The notes beneath the pieces are model-generated. The model had not been told where the DNA came from. It saw only the letters and a list, made by a program, of their open reading frames with translations, and did not search any database. Both the position numbers and the translations under genes were made by a program. 64,000 nt of DNA from Tubulanus polymorphus (taxonomy: Eukaryota > Animalia > Nemertea). Below are positions 14,601 to 26,600 of the stretch, piece by piece. Where the stretch lies: the NCBI RefSeq assembly GCF_964204645.1, contig NC_134032.1, positions 12,264,275 through 12,328,274 on the forward strand, written 5' to 3'. How positions within the stretch are numbered: position 1 is the first letter of the stretch; each line of letters starts with the position of its first letter.

Positions 14601-17600
14601 AGAAATTTGAAAAAAAATCAGCGAAAAAAATCCATCATGGCAACATTCAGAAACCACAAATAACTGTCAATTTCAAACATCCCATTCTAGATTGTTGACA
14701 ACGTAGTGATCTATGGTCAAGTGAAACATTGCGTAATCTCTGTCCTGTTTGTGGTTCTAATCTGAATCAGAATTGGATGCTTTCCAATTCTACACGTAAC
14801 GGGTAACTGAAAGGTCACTGACCAAGGTTAGTGAACTCACGATTCCAAACATCAGCAGAGTCACGGAATGACACAATCTGGTGACTCCGAATATGCAGTA
14901 TGACGCGGATAATTGTACGCGCTTGGCAGTGATCAAACTGTTCGCACGAGATAATTTACAAAATGACCAGTACAGCAAAGCTATACCCAGACAGCATTTG
15001 GTAATCTGGCGCTGAAAGCCCCAAACAAAATTGGACAGTTTAGTCTATTCTGGAATCCATTAGCTTAATGAAATAAAACACTTTTGTTGACGAAAATTTA
15101 AAGGCCATCCAAAGTATTTTGGAATACAGAAAATAGCGCTTGGATCCACCCTACTGCATAATATTTGATTTCTGATTTTGATAATTCATTATCAGATTAT
15201 TAAACTAAAGAATTAATCAGTAATGAAAAATAAAGTACATTGATCCATATCAAAAGGAACCTCTGGCAAGCGTAGGCAATAGTCTAATTTTGATTAATAG
15301 CAATGTTTTTTTGGTTAAAGTTTTTTTCTGCGATGTAGATTTTAGCATTTCGTCATATAAACCAAGCATTGAAACGATAACTCACCGTGAAAACAATTCT
15401 TACACTTCAACCAACTAGATGTTAAACAAAATATCAAAAATCAAATTCCTTAAAAAATCCATGAATCATCGCGACCCTAAATGAGCACGTGGGGTACCAG
15501 CAACCCACCAGATGGCGTGAGTAATAGTCAGTCTTGCGTAAGTCCAATCATATATCTCCACCCTCTGCATAAAACACACTTGATGGATCCTCACTTGCAG
15601 CAAGTGAAATCCTGTGTTGTTGCAGCAGTTGATGCCCTACTGTACACTAGCACACCCGGTTGCAGCCTCCTTCAGCAGGGATTTGAACCTGATGGCATCG
15701 CTAGACTCAGCCAAGGCAGGAAACCCTGCCACACTAGACCGGGTGCGCAGGTTCACGACACAAAACCACACGGTGCCAATCTATTGAAAAACCCAAACTA
15801 AGATAAAACGGGATTTCTGATTGGCTAATAATGACATCATCTAAGCTGCGCATGTAGCTGGCTCTTGGTCTAGTGTGGCAGGGTTTCGTTCCATGGCAAT
15901 CTCGATGCCATCAGGTTCCAACCCCTGTCAGAGGAGAATGACCTGGTGGATTCTCAATTGCACGATTGGCAATGCCAGTAGTACACACAGCTAAACTCAA
16001 CATTTTATTCGAAATTTAAAACTGAAACAATGTTACTTCCTACGTTTAGTCGTACTTGAAAATTTACGTAAAGGACAAAATGACTTACCGCCATTTATCG
16101 CGGATAAATTCGAATTAATTCGATAAGTGCTCATGACTTCTATCGCGTCGACGAGTCATTATTTTTTTCGGCAAAAATTTTCATCAAAATAATTTCATTG
16201 AAATATGTCGTCGTGATGAAAACAGGATTGTTGCAATAATCCAGCGCGAGTATGTGATACGTCGATATGTCAAGGGACGCGATGACTAAATTTATAATTG
16301 AATTAACAATCTAACATATGTCACCACGGTAGCAGCAGACGCGCTGTAGCCGTCTGTCATCGTGCTGATGTTAATTGTTGCAGCGAAAACCATTTTTTGA
16401 CCAGAAATATTGTTGTTTTGAGGCATTATCTACTGGTTTGATGTTTCTTTTACCCCTCAATCCTCAGAGCATCGCTTAGGGCATTAACAGCAGGTCTATA
16501 GTTTCTTTTTCCCTTCAACCCGCTGCAATGAGCACCGCTTGGGGCATTGTTAGCAGTTTTGTATATTTCCCTTCAAGGCATTTTAGGAAGGTTCCAGGTC
16601 AAGAAACTCTGCCGGCAGCAGGATATAACCCTTGCTTGAGGAAATCAGCGTCCAATGGCCATTTAACAATTGTTTTTATTCTTACCTCTTAGATCCGGTC
16701 GTTCTCTAAGCTCCAATTCTATTGGGTCGTTTTCACTGAAAAAGCGGGAAAAGTTGATGAGATTTTTGAAAAATAAACTGAATTCCTCTTGTAAAACCAG
16801 GCCAGGGTATCTATGAAAAAGAAAATCGAGCCTAGCTCATTTTCCCGATAATTGGATAACAAACATTGACTGGATTCTAACAAATTTAAGCTCATAATTA
16901 GGTTGTAGAATCAGATGGTCCACAACATTTTCTTCAAGACCAAGATAAGACATATAGATCAGAAAAAAACATGATAGTCCTGTGTAGGTTTTCATTTACC
17001 TCATGAAGCTACTATGTGATAGAAGTGGTAGTACCAGTTCATTCAGTTTCTATAGCGCCTTTCAACGGCACTTTCCCATGAATTGTTTATCTACCCCCAA
17101 CCTATAACTCTAACCATTTATCAGTCATCTCTCCCTAGGGAGAAGTAACATCCGAGCAAGGAGTCATCTATCAGGCCGGGTACCCATTTACTCCTTGGCG
17201 GAGAAGTGCCTTGCCCGGGGAAACTATGGTAATGTACGGGGTTCGAACCCACAACCTGGCTTCCAAGAGTTGAACACTCTAACCACTCGGCCACACCGAA
17301 GCTCCATTATCAGTTAACCTACAAGTACTACCTGTTTTCATATTGATTGATTCGATACAATACAATACATATATCTGCACTAACCCGTTAGCGTTGCGTT
17401 GTACGATCAGCTCCACTTGCGGTTCTTGTTTCGATTCGAATATGATATCGTAAACTTCCTCGAACGTGGCGCCTTTCAGCGATCGTCCGTTCCATTCCAA
17501 CACTTCATCGCCCGGTCTCAGGTGCCCGACCGTGTCGGCTATACTGCCCTTCTTCACCTTCGTTATAAACGCGCCCAGACGGCCGGATTCCGTCATTTTA

Positions 17601-20600
17601 CCGCCGATCACTTTTAAACCTTTACACGAGAGAGAGAAAAATACATCGTTTCTTAATGCGATTGATGGAGTTTTGGAAAGTAAATAACAACGCGGTTTAA
17701 ATCATTACCACCACAGTTCAGAGAAATTCCTGGATCAGCTCCTGGGGCTGGTTGCATAGTCATGGCTTATCTTTAAGACCGGTCTAAGACCAACTAAGTT
17801 CTGTAGCCAATCTAATAACTTAAGACCAGTCTTTAGATTAAAGACCGCTTTTGGATATAAGTCACACCTGTGCAACTGGGCCCCGAGTTCTAACCAGAAT
17901 GGCCTGGCCTGACTACTTTCGGACTCCAATCTTGATTCTACTATAGACTGGTCCCGTAAGAGCTCTACCATGACTAGTCCAACCTCTTCATCACCGCTCT
18001 ATAGACTTCATCCAGACTGGCTTTGATTTCCTGAAGACTAAACCTCAGAACTCACAGACTGACCCCACCCAGTTAGGACTCGATACTCTCAAAGCCATTC
18101 TCTGGCTGACTCCATTTCTTGATGACTCGCCCCGGATAGTCCCTTCTTTAACCCTTTCAGTGCGTCTACACCGCAGGGCGGTGTATAAATCGGTGATGGA
18201 TTTTGCTACTACACCGCACTGCGGTGTATTGATGTAATTAGTAATAAGTCTTTATCTCTATTGAAAGATGGCAGCACCTGTCAAACATAGTGAAATATTA
18301 GTAACTAACGATACACTGCGCCGCGGTGTAGATCCCTATAGTGGTATTCACGTTATTCAAAACACCGGGGTGGAATTTTTCAAATATTTCAAATTATCTC
18401 CAGCACTATAGGGTATTGATAAGTCAGCACTGAAAGGGTTAAACTGGCAGGCCCCACCCCTGAGGACTCTACTGAGACAATACTCTCAATATCCTTCCCC
18501 GACTGACTCCATCTTTACATGACTCACCTTGACAGTTCCCAACCCTTCAACCTGGCTGGTCTAGCCCTTCCTCTGACCCCTTCAGGACTCTACCCACTAT
18601 CAACATTCACCTAACTATTTCACAAATCGTTCTAATTGCTAACATATAGAGAAATGAATGAAATAAAGAGTTTAGCGTACCTAAGCACCTACCTAGTATC
18701 GAACCACTATCCTTCTGGCCACTTCCCTCAACCGACGATTTCTTCAGAATCATGTGACCGATTAGTTTAGTTCCATCGCCTGACCGCTGCCAGGTAACGG
18801 GATGCTGCAACGAAATAAAACGACCAATCAAATACAGGTTTATCCGAATATTCACTTATCTCATCACCTACCTTATCAAAAATATCATAGCATATTTGTT
18901 TAAGTTTAAAATCTCATTGAAATATCTTGTTATTTTCAAATTGAATATTTATACAAATATAGTCAATGTCCCTTAGTAGAATTCAGACTGGTAAAACTCT
19001 ACTCAAGAGTTGGTATCAAATACTGAGTAAGAGTTTGTGAAATACAGTAGACTCTGTCTGTTACTGCGATAAAGTTGAGACTGGTAAAATATTACCCTGA
19101 GTTTGGTGAAATATTACCCCGAGTTGCTGTCAAATACCGAGTAAGACTTTTGTGAAGCACAGAAGACTCTGTCTCTTACTGCGGTAAAGTTAACACTGGT
19201 AAAATTCCACCCCGAGTTTGAGTCAAATATTGCATAAGGGTTTGAGAAATGCAGTAGACTCTCTGTCTGTCTCTAACTTGTGGTAATTGAGACTGGTATC
19301 AAATAATACTATAAAGTTGAGTTTGATGGAGTCTACTGTGTATCACAAAGTATCGAATATCAAATACTTACCCGAATTTTATACAAAGTCAAAATTGAAA
19401 CATGTAAAGAAAGTCATCAGAACATACGATTGTAAGTAAGATCCAACGATACTCGTGAGGGCCAATCAGAGCTGAGATTACAATTCCTCTATTTAGGGTT
19501 CAGTGATTGGGTGATATTTCAATATTCAAACTAGTCTGACCGATAGGAACTCAGGTAAAACGTACATCTTACTTTCAATGAATGTTCTGATAAGTTTTAA
19601 TCGTGACAATACATAAAGCAAACAACATTCCACTCTCTCTTTCATCCCCTCTCTTCTCGCTCACTTCATCTCTCCCCTCTCATTTCTCTCTCATCTTCCC
19701 TATCTCCTCTCCCTACTACGTACTATCTCGCGTTTGCTCTTCCCTCTTCAAGCCCTGCCCTCCTCCTGACTGATAAGAGATAAATATAGATTTCAATTAA
19801 AACTTGAAGGTTTTCAGTCAATAAACGTGAGCGATGTAAGAGAGAAGACTTCTACAACATGATTGTCACATGGAATCCCAGGTCAGTCTGGCCTCGTCTA
19901 ATAATTGAAATATATCTTAAGCTAAAAGGCTCAGCACCAGGTCTTTCCAGAAAGATGGCTACCTCCTATGACATCACTTATTAGCCTATCAAAGCAACAT
20001 CAATTGCCATTTAGACTGCTTTCTACAGATTCTGGGCAGATTGTGAGGATCCGCCAGGTGTCGCTAACGGCAAAGAATATAAACTACTGTGGCAAGTGAG
20101 GATCCACCACGTGCGCTGGTGTGCAGTAGGACATGAACTACGGCAGCAATAGAGGATTCTACTTTTGGCAAGTGAGGATCCACCACGTGCGCTGGTGTGC
20201 AGTAGGACATGAACTACTGCAGCAATAGAGGATTCTACTTTTGGCAAGTGAGGATCCACAGGTGTGCTCACGTTCAGCAGGACATCAACAACTGTGGCAA
20301 TAGAGGATTCTTGTTAGTCAGGTCATTTGGTAGCACAGATCAGTATGGCTTGTTCCTTGAGGAGTTAATTATGTCATAGGAAGTAGCCATATTTCTGGAC
20401 AAACCACCTAAAGAATTTACACACAAACCCAAATGCTGAACATATTCAGTTACTATATAGATACTGAGCAACAATGAACAGAATGACCTTGACCTATCTA
20501 TCAGTACCGGTGTGTAGAATTGGTAGCGGAAGCATAAATACAACAATAAAAGTGCGCGCACGCGAGTTGCTATGACAACCAACGACGAGTACAGGTCGCC

Positions 20601-23600
20601 GAGATATATACAAAGCGTCGAAATAAAAAAAATTCATGAAATTAATGATAATTATGATTATGATAATGATTATGGCGCGAGATACGAGAAAAATTTGTCA
20701 GCACTACACAATGACGACGACGCAGGACAAGATGAAGGGTTTAAGCAGAGGATATCACTATGACGACAACACAGGGGGCGCCACTAGAATTATAGTAATA
20801 TAGATGATGATAATAATAGGCGAACTAGAAAGTTCTAAAAACCGAACAAGCGCTCCGTTTAACCCGCCCGCCACAGACGACCTCGAACTCGGATCACGTA
20901 TATATACGTATACAACACGAATAAACGAAACAATGCCACTACCCCCGATCACCGTGGTAATAACCGTTCGTCGAATTTACGCGGTTAGCGATCCGGCGTG
21001 TTTTTTTTTTCAGTTTACATTTCTCTCGCCGCTTTTTTTGTTTTGTTTTCCGTTTCTCGATTTCGACGATAAAATCGAATCGTGAAAGTTCCGCGATCGG
21101 TCGCGACGCAGAGAAAATACGAACGAAAAAAAAATCGATTCTCGCCGCCACCGACCGGAAAGACAACACGACACCAGATGGCGCTTGAGCAGTACGGAGT
21201 AGTTTTTTTGTTAAGGAGCGTTACGTTTTTCTTTTCTTTGTTTAACTACTATACCTTATGGAGCAGGTCTTGATCATTTAATGTTTGGGAACTAGAGGAC
21301 ATTGTATCAATCCCCGAATCTTTTATTTGGGGTTCAGACCAGCCACAGTCATCCTCCATGCTTTCACCTTCACCTTGTCCGAAACGAACAATTTTCTTGT
21401 TGCGGGCGTCGGACAAAGTATCCGTCAACGCGCCCTGTTTATGCGACGACGCATTGTTAGCACTTTCTAGTTCTCCTAGAAAACAAGAAAAAAATAAAAA
21501 TGTGACTCGCGCAGAAGAGAGAGAGAGAGCGACGAGCGAGAGGGAGAGCACGCCTAGAGAGAGAGAGGGTAGAAACGCCTGCACACACGCCATGGGAAGT
21601 AAAAGAAATAAAGAAATAAAATCGTTCCGACAAATTGTGAAAAACGATACCTAAAACGTGAAGGATGTCGTCTGCCCGTTTCTGACATCCGTAGGTTGCA
21701 AGGGAATGTTGCGACTTTGGAAAGGCGCAACAAGCCGAATAAATAGACCAATGAAAAAGCCCAAATCCGCTTGTCCGATCAAAAATTTGGGAGAACGACA
21801 GTAAAAAGGAATATGGCACAGAGCGCCACCTACTGGCCGAGACATCTTTCACGTCCAAAGTGCGCATAAACAGCATACAATGATTTTTACATACAGATAG
21901 AAACTGGAGTCCAAGTTTTACGGGATTGAAGCTACATTTCATCTCGAGCATCGAGAGTTGGTATCACGATAAAATCAGACTGGATTCTAACCCGAAGATT
22001 ACAAGGTTAAAGCTAAAACGCGTCTCTAAAACCAGGGCACGGGCATTACTACAATTTCAAACTGTCCCGACTGATTTTCGACTGCGACGCAGTTCCAAGA
22101 TATTATGTAGCTGCGCGATTCCTTAAAAATTGGACTCCGTTTAGAATGAATACATATGATATAAATATATATATATATATAAATATTAATATATATCAAT
22201 GGTTAATCAGTATGCCCGTTTGTGTATTTCTTCTCACCGCTAGGAATTTTTTAATTTTCGCCGCGAGCATTTCGTCTTTTTTCCATGACTCTTCTTCGTA
22301 GTTACGATTATTGGGATAGGGCTCTACGCAAAAAACAGCTTCAGTCAACCACACTGCGAACATCATCGAACATCAATAAAATATCATCACGAGATATATA
22401 CAGAAGAAGAGAAAGAGAGAGAACCAGCGTCACTGATCAAGTCGAATATTACAACGACACCGAACAGCCGAACCTCGTTTTAACGGACGACTCATCGGGG
22501 TTATCGTATGGAATGTAGGATTTCGTCTTAATGTTAAGACAATGAGGACTCTATTATGTTCAACTGTGGCGAGTGAGGATCCACCAGGTGCGCTAGCGTG
22601 CAGTAGGATGTCAACTACTGTGGTACTAGATCCCACTTGTGGCAAGTGAAGATCACTAGATGTCGCTAGCGTGCAGTAGGATGTCAACTACTGCGGCAAT
22701 TGAGGATTCCACTCGTGGCAAGTGAGAATCCACCAGGTGCGCTAGTGTACAGTAGGACATCACCTACTGCGGCAATAGAGGATTCTACTTGTGGCAGGCA
22801 AGGGAGTGTCCACTAGGTGCGCTAGTGTGCATTCCCACAACAACTCCAGATTTCATCTCTGATTCATGTTATGTCTATCCATAATTTCTTAATTTCCATG
22901 AATGGTAAAGAAAAATTTTGCTAATCGTGCCCTTAAGACACAAATCTAGGTTCATCAAGGATGTGATGTTCCTATGTGGGAAGCTAGAAATCAAGAAAAA
23001 AAGTTGAAAATGAACTAGATTTTGACCTTGTCATATTTATAAGCACGCCATCTAGCAAGGTAGCTGGTGGCATAGAGTCCTCATTTACTAATTTCACACT
23101 GGGTGAACTATCGCTTGTAACAAATAGATTTTCTTGTCTCGTGGAGTTCGTTAAAACGAGGTTCTGCTGTAGTATGAACACTAATTACCGCCAATACCAC
23201 CGCGATTGCCGAGGAGGTCGTCAATGCTGATATCACCTTGGCAACATCCAGGTACAACAATCGCAACCAGTGCGGTAACTAGGTACCGGAAGGTAAACAC
23301 CTGGGTTACCATGGATACCCATGCATATGGATAGGACATCGTCAGCATCAAAATTACCATGTGTAACTGTGTACCAGTTGGTTGCATAGTTACCTGGGTG
23401 GAAACCATGGAGAAAAAGGGAAAAATGGAGGGAGGTAATTACAATGCAGATAACCGATGCTGCGGGTTCACCATGGTTACCAAGATCGTTACTGGATAGA
23501 TTACCATGGCAATTGTAGCCATTGGTAACGAGATACTAAGTATTACAAATACCATTATAGTTACGATCGACTAGGATGGTCATCATGGTGGCCCCATAGT

Positions 23601-26600
23601 TACCAGGATGTTACCATGGACACTCAGGTAACAATGCTTAAGCGCGACTGGTCATATTTTCTCAGCGGATATTCGATTTGAATAAGTATCAGATTATTAT
23701 TGCAAGGGCAAATTCATCTTGCTCAGTTCTAACAGGACTGCCAACCTCCACTATCAGTAACAAGTCGAACATATCTTTGCGATGTAAAAGAAAATGTTCA
23801 ATCAGTTTCCCAGGACTGCCAACCTCTGATAAATAAGGGACATTTTTTCAGAAACATTTCATTAAAATATGAATGATAATGTTCAAACTAATCAGTAATC
23901 ATCGTTAAGACCGTCGGTAAGAGATTTCACATTTCCCATTTCCGTACACATTTAACAAATCAAATCGGTATCTCTTGGGACAAAATAGTGAAAATCAGGA
24001 AAAGCTTCTAGCGGAACCCTGAAAGTCTACAAACAGCTTCCGGATTAATGAAGAAATCCCACACTTCAAATTTAAAATTATACGATCAAATTTATTATCA
24101 TGAAACCACCTGATGATGGCTGTTAGTCAACAGCCGAAAAACCCCGTGTTCATTGTTATTGTGGTTTCATGATAATAAATTTGATCGCATGATTTTAAAT
24201 TCGAAGTGTGGGATTTCTTCATTTATCTACAGTATACACGGATTATAGTGTGTTATTTTGAAAGGAAAATTCAGATTTCAACAGTCGGAATATTCGATGA
24301 CAGAAATATGACCAGTCGTCACACGTGGTGACTGACACTCGCACGGATATCACATCAACGACCAGTGTTTTCTAATTAACAGTTTAAACACAACTTAATT
24401 CGAGGAAACAACATTCGCCATGGATCAGAGATAGTGAGATATAATACAGCCAGAGAAGAGACATAAGCGAAGAGATAATTCACTGAAACATAAACATCGA
24501 AATTAGCCCGGACCCGGTTCCATAGTTCCATAGTTCTTCCGGTGGGAATTTGCCTCTCAGTTTAGATATTTGTAAACAACCTCATCAAGCGCCAACCGTG
24601 GAACTGGCTCCGGAGTATTTAATTTGATTTTTTTTTCATCCCTGACGCACACTTTTTAATCGTCTTTTCGAAATAATATTCCGTACGCGAATTCGATCAG
24701 AAATCGAAGCGAAGGAATTCCGCGCGGGATAAGTACCGAGTTGTTCGTTCCCGTTCGTAGAATTTCGCGAACGTGTCAGTGAATTCCAACAAAGAGTGCG
24801 TTCAGCGATGAAAGGGTTAACAGCCGCAGGGATGAAGATAGCCTCCTGGGTGCGGTTTCGTGAAAAAGTTTAAGCTTAAATCGGTTGAGTTTGCTCTGTT
24901 TTTTCCTCATTGACAATGCGAAGTAGCGAGTAGCGATGAAACAAAATATATCAGTCAAACTTGATTCAAGAAACTCAACCCTGGACTCGGTTCCATTGCT
25001 AAGTAATCAGAAATCTAAAATGAACTGTTTTTGAATTTAATGAATTTTTGCTTTGAGTTTTCGCTCATTACGGTCAGTTCCACAGATCGTTGCTCTCATT
25101 TTATCAAGCGATCAAAAAAGGTACTAATTTTTCACTGAAAGTAGAATCAAATCTAACTCATAACAATGGAACTGAGTCCAGCAAATCGTTTATCATATAA
25201 TTACACATACTGGTTGAATTTTCATTAGGTATTTATTTGGTGTATCAAGCCAGGCCATTGGGGTTAAAGTTAAAACTGGTCTATAAGCCAGTCACTGCAG
25301 TCAAAACTGACTCATGATTCTGCGATATTATTAGGCCAGGCTATAGGGAAGTTACTGAATTGGAGATTTACGATACAAAAATCTAAACAAAATACACATA
25401 TTCACACATAAAATATCAAATAATACAAAAAGTTCAGAATTTTGAAACCTTTGAGATAAGGCTTAAGAAGTTGCTACCTTGTTTCTCCTTTCTGCTGAGT
25501 TTTAAAGTTGACCCGGTCATCCACCTATCTCCGCTGTACATTATAACCTTTTTTCAAAATCACGATCAATCTAGCCACAACAGACCCGGCAGCTATCGAA
25601 ATCGCCTGATTACAAATTCTATTGAGGTTTACAAAAGTGACCCAACTCATGCGGAGAAACAAGGTATCATTCTATTTTAGCCGAAAAATAATTATTCGGG
25701 CGTGAAATTTTTGGTTGTCATAGATTAAAAAGACTGCGATTGATTTTAGGGTCACCGAGGGGGCAGGAGGGGTCCTTATATAATAACGATTTTTATTTCG
25801 TCTGATATTATTCAAACAAGGCGTCGAATTAATTTCAGGTCGGCCATGTGCTCGCGATTAATGCACGCAGAAATTCATAAAGCAGCAGCAGCATCATCGT
25901 CGACGACGACCAAGGGTTTTAGATGCTGCCGTACCTAACCGTCGCTATGGCAACGAGCAACATCGCGATGCATATATACACGGCGGCGCGCAGCGTAGAA
26001 CGGAGTCTCCGCGCGACGCGAATATAACCGTTTTTCAGAGTATAGAGGTTAATCAGTGAATGGGTGGGTACTACTGGCGCGCGACGACGCACGCCGACGC
26101 CGCGAGAGGGTTAACGCCGGTCCTCCGATACGCGTACGCGCGGCTAATGCGTAAACAAACAACGCCGCGCGCCGGTTACCGTAGCAATGTAAGTGTTAGT
26201 AAATAATAGCGAGTAATATTAGTAAAGAATTCGTATTTCCGGTTCGCGGCCAATGATACCCCCACTCGCGTCCTCACAACAACGCCGATGGTCTCTCAAT
26301 GTCAGGTTTCTATTCATACCGGTATCGCGCGCGTACTAATACACGCCTCTATAACCCCTCTCGTGTGACAATGCTAACAGGAAATATCTACGCTTAATAT
26401 TTTATGGATATTTACTCCCCCCGTTCTGTTCTAAACCTCGCCCGTCCCCCCTCCCTCCCTCCTATCTGATGCGCGGTGATCCTACTGAAAATACCTCTAC
26501 TCTACATCTCCCTGATGCGCGACAAACCATTCGTGGAAAATATCTATATTTTCACATTGTCACTACCTATCTGTAAGATTCTATCAGGGGTGGCCACTTG

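Noticed and set aside
17225-17305. tRNA gene
   Set aside because: A and B boxes are present but there is no convincing acceptor stem, and it continues into a SINE body. The same applies to 59384-59470.
23230-23630. Cluster of X-box-like GTTACCATGG words
   Set aside because: They are part of a degenerate local repeat, so they were not counted as independent regulatory sites.
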